Part shown: positions 42,571 through 54,802 of the stretch, piece by piece
How positions within the stretch are numbered: the first letter of the stretch is position 1
How the letters are laid out: every line of letters begins with the position of its first letter
Assembly: GCA_965644315.1 (NCBI GenBank)
Contig: CBFFRQ010000079.1
Coordinates: forward strand, 1 to 64,000
Reading direction: 5' to 3'
DNA: 64,000 nt
Source of the DNA: Caecitellus pseudoparvulus
Taxonomy: Eukaryota; Protista; Bigyra: Bicosoecida
Notes under the pieces: generated by a model
Database searches by the model: none
Told to the model about the DNA's origin: nothing
Seen by the model: the letters and a program-made list of their open reading frames with translations, nothing else
Program-made: the position numbers and the translations under genes

Positions 42571-42998
42571 GGCGGGACGGGGCGCACTCACGAGGGTAGA
42601 GCCCGCTGTGTTACTCAGGAAGGGGAAAAGAGCGGGCGTTTAGGGTGCAGGCATGGTGTGGGCCTTGCTGCGGCAGGGGAGGCCGCTGTGCCCGACGCTT
42701 GGCCGACTGACTCGGGCAACGCCACGCGGACCAGTTAACAATTCACAACACGCTGCATTGGGCACGCTTGCTCTTGTGCAGGCCCCGGCGCGGGCTTGTT
42801 AAGAGCTCTATTTTCCTTGCCAGGCGCCTGTCTCTCAGGCATTTGCCGTGGTTCTTGGGGCCGGGCGGCATTCGCACGGTGAGGTCTGTCGCAGCGACAC
42901 CTCACGCTCCTGTGCAGTTGGCGAGCGGGCGTGCCAGGGAAACCTGCACACCGCACACAGCCATGACTGCTGCAAGCAGTCATAGTATTGCACCCTCC

Positions 42999-44989
42999 AT
43001 GCGCTGTGCCTGGCGTGGGGGGCTGCTCTGTGCTGCCGTATTGCTTGGCTGCACAAGGCTGGCTTCCGCCCTTCCGCAAGTGACTTTCAACTTGCAATTG
43101 ACAGGCAGTGCCAGCCACAGCAGCCTGGGCAGCGCGCTGGCCCCCGGCGGCGACATCAACAAAGATGGACAGCGAGACTTACTCCTGCTGTCGGCAGAGG
43201 GCAATGGCATCGTGTATGCGGCGTACGGCGGAGGGCTGCCGTTCGACGGCAGCAGTGTGCCAGCCGCGAGCCGAGCGGCGTCAGCCACGACAGGCTTCGC
43301 CATGCCGGGCCTGCCGGGCAGCGGCCCGCTGACGCGGGTGGCAGGCGGTGGCGACTTGAACAAAGACGGTTTTTCAGATGTCTGTGCCGCCGCGCCCACC
43401 GCAGACAGCCAGCGAGGGGAGGTGTTTGTGCTGTACGGCGGCGGCATTCACGCGCTGCCCTCCAGCATCTCCCTGAACGCGCTGAACGGCAACAACGGCT
43501 TCCGGCTGAAGGGTGCACCCAGCGCACTTGCTGGGACTTCCATTTCCTTCACTGGCGATTTGAATGTCGACGGGCGGCAAGACCTGCTCGTGGGCTCCCC
43601 CGCTTCGGCGCAATTTGACCCCGCAACGCAAGGCACCGTGCACGTCGTGTTCGGCGCCGCAGGGGGCACGTTCGCGAGCAGCAGCGATCTGGAGACGTTG
43701 CAACTGCCTCTTGCTTCAGCCCTGCACGGTCTCGCGGCACTGGGCAGTACAGTGGCTGGCGGGCCCGACGTGAACGGCGACGGCGTCGCTGACGCAGTGC
43801 TGGGTGCGCCAGCGCACGCCACCCCGACAGCCGTGCAAGCCGGCGCGCTGGTGGTGTTTTGGGGCCGCCCTGCAGCGCAGTGGAACGACAGCATGGCAGT
43901 GAACCCGCCCTCCCCCGGCCACACACTCATACTCACCGGCAACAAGACGTCGCAGGGCCTGGGCACCAGTGTCGCCAGCTTTGGCGATGTGTCAGGTGAC
44001 GGCCTGGGCGATGTGGCGGTGGCAGACGCGCTTGGCGTCGTGTTCGTGCTGTTTGGCGGCGCCTCCCTCCCGCCTTCCCTGAGCGTCGGCAGTTTGACTG
44101 CCGGCTCAGGCCTGGTGCTACAGCCCCCCGCTGGCAGTGCGGGGCCAGTCACGCTGGGGGCTACCCTAGGAAGCGGCGCAGACCTCAACGCTGACGGCAT
44201 CAGCGATATCCTGCTGGGCTACCCCGCGCACCCGGCGCCGGGCAACGCTTCAGGATTAGTGCTGGCGCTGTACGGGCGGGATGGATGGTCCCAGCTGGTC
44301 GTCAACGTGTCGCAACTACTGCCGACGACTGGGTTCAACCTGGGCCCACCCACAGCTTCGTCGTCGCAGTGGATGGCGGGCCTGGGCAGTGCCCTGGCAG
44401 GTGTGGGGGATGTGAACGGGGATGGCTACGGTGACGTACTGGCGGGGGCGGCGGCCACGGTGGTCGAGCCCAACACCACGAGGACGGGGGCGGCGGCAGT
44501 GCTGCTGGGGCGAGCGACACGCCCCACCCCAACCGTCACGCCCTCCCCCACCACCACGCCCAGCACCACCCCCTCCCCTCCCCAACCGCCACTGCCACGC
44601 AGACACCCAGCGTCTCCCCGTCCGCCCCCAGCACCCCCCTCCCCCCTGCCCCCGCCGCTAAGCCCGCTGAGCCGGCAGGCCTGCCACCAGGGCAGGTCGT
44701 GGGCATTGTCGTGGGCACCCTCATCGTGCTGTGTCTAGTGGGGTTGGGCGTGGCCATGTGGCTGCGGCCGCAGTGGTTCCGCAGCGGGAAGGGGGGCAAG
44801 GGCAAGGGGGGGGTTGAGGAGGAGGGGGAGGATGCCTTTGAATTGCCGTCTGCGCCGGGCGAGGGGCATGACATGGTGCGCCGGGAGACGGTGAACCCGC
44901 TCATGCGGCCTTCCAAGCAGGTGCGTGGAAGCCTGGCGCACGTGAACGAGTTCGACGTCGGCGAGGGCTATGAAGAGCCGGTGGTGTGA
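42999..44989 (+). CDS. FG-GAP (integrin-alpha-type beta-propeller) type I membrane protein; frameshift(s) in C-runs ~44570-44660
   Basis: Signal peptide; repeated GD(I/L/V)N.DG..D Ca-binding motifs; Thr/Pro stalk; TM segment VVGIVVGTLIVLCLVGLGVAMWL in the downstream frame. Confidence 0.8.
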
Positions 44990-45576
44990 AGTGTGGCTTT
45001 CGTGTGTGGAGGGCGTGCTGTCAGGCCAGTGGCCCTGACTTTGCTGTGCTGCTGTGGGCTCGTAGGTCCTTCGGGGGCAATGCAAGCGGCGTCTGTCGAG
45101 GTGGAGGCTCTCCCCTCTTGACTCGTGAGCCACGACACTTGCACGCCTGTGGCAGAAACAAGCTGCTTGGTGATCCGGAAGCCGCACTGCTGACTTGTAA
45201 TAGGGTTGAGGATTCGGCCCTTGGGCCCATTCTTCAAGCTTGGGTGTCTGTGACATGGTCAGGTGCATTCGAGGGCCAGGATGGAATTTGTGCGTGGTTC
45301 CTGTGCGGCTGTGCCGAGCTCGACATGCAGAAAGGAGGGGGTGGAGCCAGAGGCAGAACTTCTTCCTTGATGCATTGTACCTGACTCTGCTTCCCGCGCA
45401 GCTGAAGGGACTGTGGAAGCCCTACGAGGTCGCGTTGCGAGATGCTGTGGAGGCGCCAATTTCCGCAGCAGCCCTTGTGAGACGCCATCGCACAGCCTGG
45501 GCAGCCCACGGCGGCTAGCACGCGACATAACCCGCCCGCTACTCAGAGCTGTGGAATTTTCCTCCGTCTCCTTACC

Positions 45577-47358
45577 GTGCTGTGTGCTGTGTCATGCGTA
45601 GTGACGGCTTTGCTGGCAGGCAGCTTGGTGGCTGGCGCTGCCTCCTTCTCCCTCCTGCACTACGCCGTGATGCCGACGACGCTGCACTCGTTCCCCCTGT
45701 ACTTCAACGTGTCCGACGCCCACACGGTGGAACTGGCGCAGCAGCACCTCGCAGCCACTGGTGCGTTCCAGGCGCAGCTTTTCTCAGCAGCCTCGGACTC
45801 GGCAGCCAAGGTGGCCGCTGCCCAGGCAATAGGCACCGCCTGGGCCGCAGGCGCATCCACCCCCGCCCCAGCGGTGGCGCCTGATGCTGTGCAGGCTCTG
45901 CTTGCCTCTGTGCGGGCCGAAGTTGCCGATGCCCTGCGCCCACTGCGGCAGCAGGCAGTGCAGTGCCCGCCAGGCGATTCGAGCCAGCCCCCTCAACCCA
46001 GCACCACTGCCGCTGCAGCTGCCGCTGCTACACCAGATGAAAGGCCTGACTCCACATTGCTGACGAGCAGTCATTCTGACCCCCAGGTTCGAGCCGCCCA
46101 AGTGGACCCAGACGGCACCCCAGTCCTGCTGGAGGCCCGTGTCCAGGCAGCGCCCGCCAGCGCTGAGGCGGGGCGTGAGATAGAGACGCCAACACAAGAG
46201 AGCTCATGGGTATCGTGGTTGCTGGGTAGCGAGCAGAGCGGGGAGGGGGCAGACTGGGGCTCTGCACAGGACACTGTGCAGGGGGGATCCACAAGCTCGG
46301 TTGGACGAGGGGGGGGTGCGTCCGCCCTCGGAGGGGGCCTGCACGCGTCCTCCACCCTGGACATGCTGCATGCGGCGACGTCCCAGGCACAGCAAGCGGC
46401 GGCCTTGGCGCAGGCCACTGCAGAGGCCCTGGCCCGGCGTCGTCGCCCCACAGCCCGGGTGAACCTGCTCACTCGCCGCCGCACTTGGGCCTTGCCTGGA
46501 GCGGACACGGCAGGGGTGGATGCGCAGCGGCTGCTGGTGCCAGGGCAGGGGTACACACTGCAGGTGGAGTTGGACGTGCCAGTGACACGGGCTGTGCGCG
46601 ATGTGGGCACATTCATGCTGGACGTCACCCTGGCAGGGAGGGGGGGTGCGCCCCCCTTGGGGCACTGCAGCCAGCCCCTGGCTCTGCCGTATTACTCCGA
46701 CCTCGCCATGGCGGCACGAGAGGCGGTCACCCTGCTGCCTGTGCTGCTGGGGCTGATGGCGGACACCACCACCCTGGCCGCCACCTGCTTCGAGTCCTGG
46801 GTGGAGACGGTGGACACGCCCCTTGCCCACCTGACAGCGCACATGTCCACCCCTGCCGTCCCAGTCGTAGCGGGGCGCCTAGTCATCCAGGCACAGCTCA
46901 CGGGCCTGTCCTACTGGCTGCACCACTTCTTCCTGCTCTCCGCAGCGGTGGGTGTTCTGGGCTTCTCCTCTGTGTTCTTCCTCGCCGGCCTGGGCGCTGT
47001 CGGGATGGCCCTGCACACCGCCGGTGCATGGGAGCCGATCCTGCACTTTGTCCTGCCTTCGGACCCCACGGCAGGATGGGCGCCTGCCCCAGTAAACCGC
47101 GGGCCAGGCGGGCACCGCTTCCGCACGCCCCTGGCACCTGCACAGGGCCAACGGCACGGGGCAACGCATGGCCCAGGCGCAGCAGGGGGCCTCGCTCACT
47201 CCCAGACACGGCTTGGGCCAGGCACTGCGCACCGTGTGTCCCTGGCCAGGCAGCAAGGGCCTGACCAGCCGCACGGCCGGGGCGGCGTCCAGCCCGCACC
47301 GGTGTCCCCCCGCTCACCCCTGAGCGAAGGTGAGCCAGCTGCTGAGAAGACCGGGTGA
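45577..47358 (+). CDS. BSCL2: Seipin-like protein with large luminal insertion (5' end uncertain)
   Basis: TM then MP...HSFPLYF; LVPGQGYTLQVELDVP; GTFMLDVTL; LPYYSDL; AQLTGLSYWLHHF then second TM. Confidence 0.8.
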   Translation: MLCAVSCVVTALLAGSLVAGAASFSLLHYAVMPTTLHSFPLYFNVSDAHTVELAQQHLAATGAFQAQLFSAASDSAAKVAAAQAIGTAWAAGASTPAPAVAPDAVQALLASVRAEVADALRPLRQQAVQCPPGDSSQPPQPSTTAAAAAAATPDERPDSTLLTSSHSDPQVRAAQVDPDGTPVLLEARVQAAPASAEAGREIETPTQESSWVSWLLGSEQSGEGADWGSAQDTVQGGSTSSVGRGGGASALGGGLHASSTLDMLHAATSQAQQAAALAQATAEALARRRRPTARVNLLTRRRTWALPGADTAGVDAQRLLVPGQGYTLQVELDVPVTRAVRDVGTFMLDVTLAGRGGAPPLGHCSQPLALPYYSDLAMAAREAVTLLPVLLGLMADTTTLAATCFESWVETVDTPLAHLTAHMSTPAVPVVAGRLVIQAQLTGLSYWLHHFFLLSAAVGVLGFSSVFFLAGLGAVGMALHTAGAWEPILHFVLPSDPTAGWAPAPVNRGPGGHRFRTPLAPAQGQRHGATHGPGAAGGLAHSQTRLGPGTAHRVSLARQQGPDQPHGRGGVQPAPVSPRSPLSEGEPAAEKTG

Positions 47359-47618
47359 ACCTGAGCTTCACATTGGCTGGTCTTGCGGGTGGGTGGCGCC
47401 TGATTGGCGTTGCGGCACCCACCACGCGCCCCGGCACTTGTGCTGTGCGGGCACAATTCGCCACACCAACGCCCCAGCGAGCCCAGCACGCCCACGGTGT
47501 GCAGCGCGTGGCGCCCCTTCCCCACTCGTACCTGTCCTTCCCTGCATGTGCCCTGGCTCCTCCCTGAATCCACGCCGGTGACCGCTCTGCACCACGGGCC
47601 TCGCCAGCGCCAGGCAGC

Positions 47619-49734
47619 ATGGCGGGCGTGGATGCCACCGCCACGCCACTCATGGGGTCACGCCGCGCCTCCACGGCCTTCTCCTGCGACATGTACTCCA
47701 TGGCGAACTTGCTGCGGTTGAAGCCGGTGCAGGACCTGCTCAAGGAGCGCACGGCAGAGGAGAAGAGTGACCCTGACGGCGTGTCCCTGAAGAAGACACT
47801 GGGCATCATCGACCTCATTGGGTATGGCGTCGGCTGCACTGTTGGTGGGTGTCCAGGCGCGGGCCGGCAAGGCACGTGCGCGGCCCACCTTTCACGTGCA
47901 CTCATTTCCGCCCAGGTGCCGGCATCTACTCTCTCATCGGCCCAGGGGTCAAGGTGGCAGGTGCGCAGCGGAGGCCTGCGGAATTCGGTCCGCCCAACCA
48001 CACTGCGCCGTCCCTCGCACACGCCCAGGACCCTCCCTGCTCTTTTCCTTCTTGTTGGGGGCTGTGGCCTGTATTTTCACAGGCCTCTCTTACTCTGAAT
48101 TCGCTGCCCGCGTGCCCATTGCCGGCTCCGCGTACACGTACGCGTACACGTCTTTCGGCGAGCTGGCAGCGTGGATGATTGGGTGGAACTTGACGCTGGA
48201 GTACGCCATCTCCGCAGCAGCCATCGCCCGCAGCTGGGCTGACTACTGGCTGACGCTGTGGGGCACCTTCGGCGTACACATGCCCTCCTGGCTGGCCACC
48301 ATCCCGCTCAGTGAGGACTTCCAGCTGTCCATCTTCGCAGCTCTCATCGTGCTGCTGTGCTCGGGGGTGATGCTGGTGGGCATCAAGGAGAGCAGCACCA
48401 TGAACGTCGTCATCACCATCCTGAACGTGCTCATCCTCACCTTCGTCGTCGTCGCCGGCGCCACGACAGTGGACACGGACAACTGGACGGTGGTGAACGA
48501 CAGCTTCGTTCCGTACGGCCCCGCCAGCATCGTGTCGGGGGCCGGCGTCGTCTTCTTCAGCTTCCTGGGCTTCGACATGGTGTCCAGCCTGGCGGAGGAG
48601 GTCAAGAAGCCCCAGCGCGACATGCCCATCGGCATCATCGGCTCCCTGGCCATCTCTGGTGTCATCTACGTCGCCGTGTGCCTGGTGGTGACGGGCATGG
48701 TGCCCTTCACGGCGCTGGCGGAGCAGCCCGCCCCCCTCGCCTACGCCTTCCGCAAGGCCGGCATGGAGTGGGCCTCCTACATCGTCACGGTGGGCTCCAT
48801 CTTCGGCCTCACCACCGCCACCTTCACCTGCCTCCTGGGCCAGCCCCGCGTCTTCTACCGCATGTCAGCGGATGGCCTGCTGTTCCCGCTCTTCTCCCAG
48901 CTCAATGCCAACTACGTCCCCGTGGCAGGCACCCTCATCACCGGCGCCATCACCGCCGCCATCGCCTTCTTCGTGTCCCTGGAGGCCCTTGCCGACGCCA
49001 TCAGCGTCGGCACGCTCTTCGCCTTCACCATCGTGGACGCGGGGGTGGTCATCCTGCGAGGACGCAGCCGGGACAATGGTCCCCAGTTGTTCGGGGCCAT
49101 GGGCGCCTTCTGCCTCTGCTGCTTCATGGCGGGCGTGGGCTTCCACTCGGGCTTCCCCCTGGGCGTCACGGTGGCCCTGGCCGTCGCTGCGCTGGCCCTG
49201 TGCCTGTACATGTGGTGGGCGTTTCCCCCCGTGAACGTGCCGCCCACCTTCCAGTGCCCCGCCGTGCCCTTCGTGCCCTGCCTGGGCATTGCCGTGAACC
49301 TGGTCATGATGGCAGGGCTGGACCCCTCTGCCTGGCTGCGCCTGGGCGCCTGGACCCTCGTCGGCCTCGTCATCTACTTCCTGTACTCGGTGCGCTTCAG
49401 CAAGCTGCGCCTGGCGGCGGCAAGGGGCAAGCTGGACCTGCAGGGGGCAGGCGGTGGCACCCTGGGTATCGAGGACGACGACGCGGCAGACCTCACGCGG
49501 CTGCTGGATGGCACGGCCGCGGCGGGGTCCCCAGCCGGAGTGGACCTGGCGCCTCATGCCCCGCCCCCAGTGCGCAAGAAGGGAGGCCTGCCGCTCGCGG
49601 TGCCAGTGCCCGCGACCAGCGACGAAGATGGAGATGCCGCCCTGGCGGACAGCCTAGGGTCGGGTGCCTCCTCCTACTCGCCGCCAGGGGATGCTTCTGA
49701 TGCTGGCGGCGAACAGGACACGTTGCTTGGGTAG
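47619..49734 (+). CDS. Cationic amino-acid transporter (APC/CAT family), two short introns near 47845-48030
   Basis: LKKTLGIIDLIGYGVGCTVG, YSEFAARVPIAGSAYTY, FFSFLGFD, EEVKKPQRDMPIGI, C-terminal FQCPAVPFVPCLGI. Confidence 0.93.
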
Positions 49735-49937
49735 CGTGACCCTCACGCGTTGGGTGCCGTGCTCAGACGGCACAGTCTGCACCTGCTCAAATCCACAGAT
49801 TTTTCACATTACCAGCTTTCCTTCTCTCCACCACACACCCCCTTCTCGTCGCTACGGACGCAAGACGGCTCATGCTGGGCCGGGCACGCTGCGCGATTTC
49901 CGCATTCCGCACGCTTCCTCGACACGCCTGCCACGCC

Positions 49938-51533
49938 ATGGCGTCCTCAGCAGCCCCTGGTCTGACGAGCGTGGCAGCACTGAATCGTAAAGGCGCAGAA
50001 TTCCGAGATGCGCGTGTCATTGGCTTCGACTTGGGTGCGTAGCATGCGAACCAGCGCCTGCTCGCTGCTCAGCAATGCCTGCGCTCACGCTGCCCAACAG
50101 ATCACTGCCTTGCGCGGTACACCCGGCCAGCCCTGAGCGAGCTCATCTTCCGTGGTTTGGCTGCTTTCCTCGTGGAGCACAAGGCCTGGCCAGCCAGTCT
50201 GTCCAAAGCTGATGCTCGCGTGGACCTGCAGTGCAAGGGCATCGTGTTTGAGTTCAGTTCGGGGAACTTGCTGCGCCTGGACGCCCAGGGCCGCGTCGCG
50301 CAGGCATGGCACGGCCTGGCGAGCCTGCCGGACACCGCCATAGCTGAGCTGTATGGAGAAGCGCCCTGGCAGCACTTTGACGACCTGCGCGCCATGCGCC
50401 GGCACCCAGCCTTCCTCGTCTTTCTCACCTACTTTGATATTCCCGCAGCCGCCCTGCTCGCGCACGCAGTGCAGCTCGCCGACTCTACCTGGCAGCCGCC
50501 CAGCCGAAGCGACGGCAACTCGGGGTATGAATTCCTTGCTGCAGACTTGTTTGCGGCTTTCGAGCACGAGTTCAACAACGTGGACGCCTTCACACCGCGC
50601 AGGGGCACCTTCTTTCCTGCGTTGCAGGACCACCCCGAGGCGTACCTGCTGCCACGCCCCGCCCTCGCGACATGGCTGAAGCGCCGCGGTGACAGGGGCC
50701 AGCACACCTTCCTGGCCACCAATTCCTGCCTGGAGTTTGCCCAGTTCCTCCTCGCCTTCACGCTGGGGCAGGACTGGCGGGAGTGCTTCGATTTGATCAT
50801 CATGGACGCCTGCAAAGGCGCCTTCTTCACAAAAGTGGCCCCCCTGTGTCGCCCCGACGCCGCCGGCGCACGGGCGGGTGAAGCAGTGACATCCGTGTCC
50901 CTGCCTTCCACACAGCTGTACGTGAACGGCTCGGCCTCCCTGGTGGAGGCGTGGGTGGCTGGCCTGCAGCAGGCAGGCGACGGCGGCGGCCCCGTCACGG
51001 TGCAGTTGGCGCAGGACGGCACAGTTCTCAGCGCAGGGGGCCACGTGGCATGGCAGCACGGCGCACACCCCAACCCCATTGCAGAGGGGCTGCAGGATGC
51101 CATGGAAGATGCCGTGAGCCCTGCTACCGACGGCACCCCTGCCGCCGTCGCAACGCCTTCGCCCGTCGCTGACTCCATCTGGTACTGCGGGGACCACTTG
51201 CACGGGGACGTGGCGGCTGCCGCCGGCATTCGGTGGAACACCGTGGCAGTGGTGGAGGAAATGGCGCAAGAAGGCGGCATTGCCACTCTCAAAGGTGCGC
51301 AGACGGACATGCAGCCGAGCGAGGTGGACGTGTCAGGGGACCCAGCCGTCGCGTCCAGCATCCAGCTGCTGCAAGGGTGCCAGGGCGGCGCTGCCTGGAC
51401 GGCTGACTGGTTCCTCTTGCCGAGCGGAGGGCCCAGTCAGACAGTCGATGTGATGCTCAAGAGGTCCACGCTGGCTGTGCCTGACATTGCAGTGCTGTCC
51501 TTCCTGCACCCAACACCACCAGCGTCCCAATAA
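49938..51533 (+). CDS. HAD-family 5'-nucleotidase domain protein (NT5DC1-like), intron 50035-50100
   Basis: Spliced motif I VIGFDLDHCLARY; FLATNS; DWRECFDLII..ACK..FF; YCGDHLHGDV; WNTVAVVEEM. Confidence 0.85.
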
Positions 51534-51601
51534 ATGCACCTTGACCAACATGCGTCCAAGGTGCCTGAGCGCAGGAATCTCCAGCCATTTCACCTCCCGC
51601 C

Positions 51602-51902
51602 ATGGCAAAGCAACGCAGCCCTGCACTGAACCTGCCTCCGGGGTACCAGCGCGTGTACCTCGAGGAGGAGCGCTTGAGGTTTGAGGAGCGGCCAGCTGAT
51701 GCCTTCCTGCGCACGGCACAGGGGCGCCCGCAACTCATGTTCGCGCAGCACGCAGAAGAACCGCCATCTGCAGAAGCAGGCACTCTGGGTAGGTTCCCCC
51801 ACCCACTTCTCGCCGCCACGCCGCAGGATTACACGCTGCGTTGCGATGCCGAAACGCAGCTCTCGCGCAGCACCACTGCGCTCGGGGCATTGCCTGCTTT
51901 GA
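51602..51902 (+). CDS. Small hypothetical protein (possibly spliced ~51789-51826)
   Basis: ATG in a host-like CATGG context with coding-like composition; no recognisable motif. Confidence 0.3.
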
Positions 51903-52195
51903 GACCCAAGCCTTGGCTCACCTACCCAGCCTCTCCTCTGACACCAGTCGCGTCCAGTTCTTCAAGAATTGGCTGGCAGCCGCCCTGGACTACGCAGCTG
52001 AACACAAATAGGTGGCTTGCAGCGGGGGTTTAGCTCTCCCTTGCCTCGAGCAGCACCCTCTGCCACTCTGCGGCACGGACAAAACTAAACCAAACACTCC
52101 CTCTCAATGAACTCCACGACTTGTGTTTTCCACTGGCCTCTCCACCCACCTGAGCTTCTCCCTCCTCCTAGTTGCCTTGCACCCCACCAGCAAGC

Positions 52196-52876
52196 ATGGC
52201 CTGGACCAACCAAGCCATCCTGGACACGCTGCTGGGCGCGTCTGCCATGCTGATGATCCTGGCATCCATTGGGGGCACGCCTTCCTACAACATCATCCTT
52301 CCGCTGTACCTGGGACTCGGGCTGTACACACGCATCCCGCGAGCTCTGCTCGTCGGCCTCGTGGGTCTGCTGGTTTCGGTCGTGGCAGACATCTGCTGGC
52401 TCTCCATCTCAGGGAAGGCTGTGCTCAGCTCCCTGCACTCAAATGGCCCCAGCCTGTACCTGAGCACTGCTGGCTTCGGCGTTGTCATGACCATCTTGAA
52501 CTTGCTCGCAAAGGTGCGCGCAACGCCGTGGCTCGTTGCGGAATTCGGTCCATGCCCACCTTCGATGCCTCGCAACTCGCCCTGTGCCGCACCGCAATGC
52601 CACACAGGTCCCCATGGCATGGTACACGTACCAGTGCTTCACTGAATTGGGAGGTTTGTGGGTCACTGCAGCTGGTACGTGCTGGGTGCCCGCGACCTCC
52701 ACCGGCTGGCCTGACTGCACCGCAAACGCCCAACTGCTCCCCGCTCTCTGCGCACAGGCGGAGATGCACAGCCAGCGACTGAGGAGTACTACGGCATGTC
52801 TGCAGCAGACGGAAACGCGACCAAGGATGGGGACCAGTACCAGCAGGGCTCCGACCACCAACAAGACGCTGTGTAG
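52196..52876 (+). CDS. Small multi-TM protein, AGTRAP-like (3 exons)
   Basis: Hydrophobic helices; SVVADI and FGVVMTILNLLAK|VP; GT-AG introns ~52513-52607 and ~52654-52757; acidic tail. Confidence 0.55.
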
Positions 52877-52931
52877 GCACCGCTGAGTGTCACGCGCAAT
52901 GCATGAGCTTCACCCTGATGGGCGGGGGATC

Positions 52932-54533
52932 TCAGGGCCCCTGCAACAGCACCGTCAGCACGTCGCCATCACAGGGCCGGTGTGAAGATAGCAGCATGCT
53001 GTTCATGCTCAGCTCCTGCTCCCCGTACACCGCTGCCGCCGCCACATCCAGGTACATCAAGCGGCAGTGCAGAGCTTGCAACTCCTGCGGCAGTCTCCCG
53101 AGCAGCGCACCCTTCACCTCCCCGATGGTTTGCCCCGTTTCAACGGCAACCACAGACGTGGTGGGCAGCGGGGCTTGTTCCTGCCCCCCGCTCTCCCACC
53201 CGTACCGCACCTCAAAGTGCACAGGGGCCGGCGCCGACATGTCCACTGCAGCCAGGGGGCCCAGCTCGCCATGCGCTGCCACCCACTCTGGCTGCCGCAG
53301 CGGGGCCGCCATGGCGCATGTCATGGCATGGGGCAGGCCTGGGGCGCTGTCTGCGGCCCACTGCGACGTATACCGCAGCGCGAACCGCTCGGCAGCACTG
53401 CGCTCCGACTCCGACACGGCACTGCCGTTCAAGCTGGTGCAGTGGGGCAGCCTCGCCAGCACAAGCTGCCTCAGGGCCTGCTCGGCTGGTTTGGCGCCGC
53501 ACAGCGCAGCACGGTCCATCCACAGCCCCCTCGTACCTCGGCAGGCTTGGCCGGCATCCCCGTCCAGCGCCGTGGCCGGCGCAGCCCCATGCACGACAGG
53601 CTGCAGAGCGGGGATGCGCTGCAACCTGATGCAGACCAGGGGCAGCTGCCCCAGGAAGTCCACCTCTGCCCAAGTCTGCACGTCGCAGTCGTCAGCGCAG
53701 AGTGACGTCAGGGATCCAATCAGTGGCGGACTGAGTGTGATGGCAGTGCCATGTGAATCGGCGCCTGCCGTGCTGGCCGGCAGGCAGCGTGCAGAGAAAG
53801 TCGAAGCAGCGAGGTCCAGATGACGCAAGGAGGGCCATGCAGCGGCAGCCTGCGTGATAGTGTCCAACAAGCTGGTCAGTGGGCTGCTGGCGAGGTGCAG
53901 GTGCGTGAGTGCTGGCATGTGCCGCCCAGCCTCAGACAGCGCTGAAAGAGAGGCCCACCCATTACCACCAACATGCAGGGCTGTCAGATGTTCTGCGTGG
54001 GTGAGAAGGTGCAGCGTAGCCTCTTGAGAAATGCCGGTGTGGTTCATCGCCAGCGTTGCCAAGTGTAGCAGCGCAGGAGGCTCCACGTCGGGGACAGGGC
54101 CACCCAGCGCGTTCCTGCCCAGGTCCAGCGTTTGCAATGCCGCGCAGCTGCTCAGTATCGTGTATGCATCTGCGAGGGCCAAGGCATTACCTTGCAGGTC
54201 CAGCGACCGCAGGCGAGGCAGCAACACGCCGAGGCACGGCTCCGGGTCAATCCTGCAAATGGATTCCCCTGGCAAGCTTGCCGACTGCAGCTTTTGAAGG
54301 AGAGATGAAGATGATAGTTTCGGAGTGCCTGCAGCTCCCTCGCTTGCTGAATCTTTCTTCTTCTGGCGGGCGAGGAGCCTCGGCGGCGGCTGCCGTTTCG
54401 ACCCGAAACTCCGTGCCGGGATGTCCAGCAGGAAGGCTGGGTTGAAGCTGTCTGGAGAAGCATACTTGTTCAACAGTGCAGTTTGAAGCGAAGTGGGTGC
54501 CACCCGCGCAGCTTCGGAAGGAGCGCTCGCCAT
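52932..54533 (-). CDS. TBCEL: Tubulin-folding cofactor E-like protein (LRR + C-terminal ubiquitin-like domain)
   Basis: LRSLDLQGN, LQTLDLGRN, LARLP...LNGSAVSESERSAAERFALRY, HGELGPLAAVDM, Ubl end DGDVLTV. Confidence 0.8.
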   Translation of the reverse strand: MASAPSEAARVAPTSLQTALLNKYASPDSFNPAFLLDIPARSFGSKRQPPPRLLARQKKKDSASEGAAGTPKLSSSSLLQKLQSASLPGESICRIDPEPCLGVLLPRLRSLDLQGNALALADAYTILSSCAALQTLDLGRNALGGPVPDVEPPALLHLATLAMNHTGISQEATLHLLTHAEHLTALHVGGNGWASLSALSEAGRHMPALTHLHLASSPLTSLLDTITQAAAAWPSLRHLDLAASTFSARCLPASTAGADSHGTAITLSPPLIGSLTSLCADDCDVQTWAEVDFLGQLPLVCIRLQRIPALQPVVHGAAPATALDGDAGQACRGTRGLWMDRAALCGAKPAEQALRQLVLARLPHCTSLNGSAVSESERSAAERFALRYTSQWAADSAPGLPHAMTCAMAAPLRQPEWVAAHGELGPLAAVDMSAPAPVHFEVRYGWESGGQEQAPLPTTSVVAVETGQTIGEVKGALLGRLPQELQALHCRLMYLDVAAAAVYGEQELSMNSMLLSSHRPCDGDVLTVLLQGP

Positions 54534-54802
54534 GACGCTGCGCACCAACTTCCACACGAGCACGACGCGCTGGCTCTGCCGTTGCAAGTGGCGGGTCAAA
54601 ATGCCAGCTCCGATGCTGCGCGGCGCTTGAAGGGTGTCTCTCCTCCCCCTCAAGGAAGCATCAAGTGGAGTTCTGAAGGGTTTTGAATTCGCACCGCACG
54701 AAGGTCCAGCTTCGAATGCCGGCGCAGCATCCGCTGGGCGCGTGTCCCCCGCGCAAAAAGCGCCCTGCAAGTGTGTGCAGACCGGAAGATAGCGCCTGAC
54801 CA

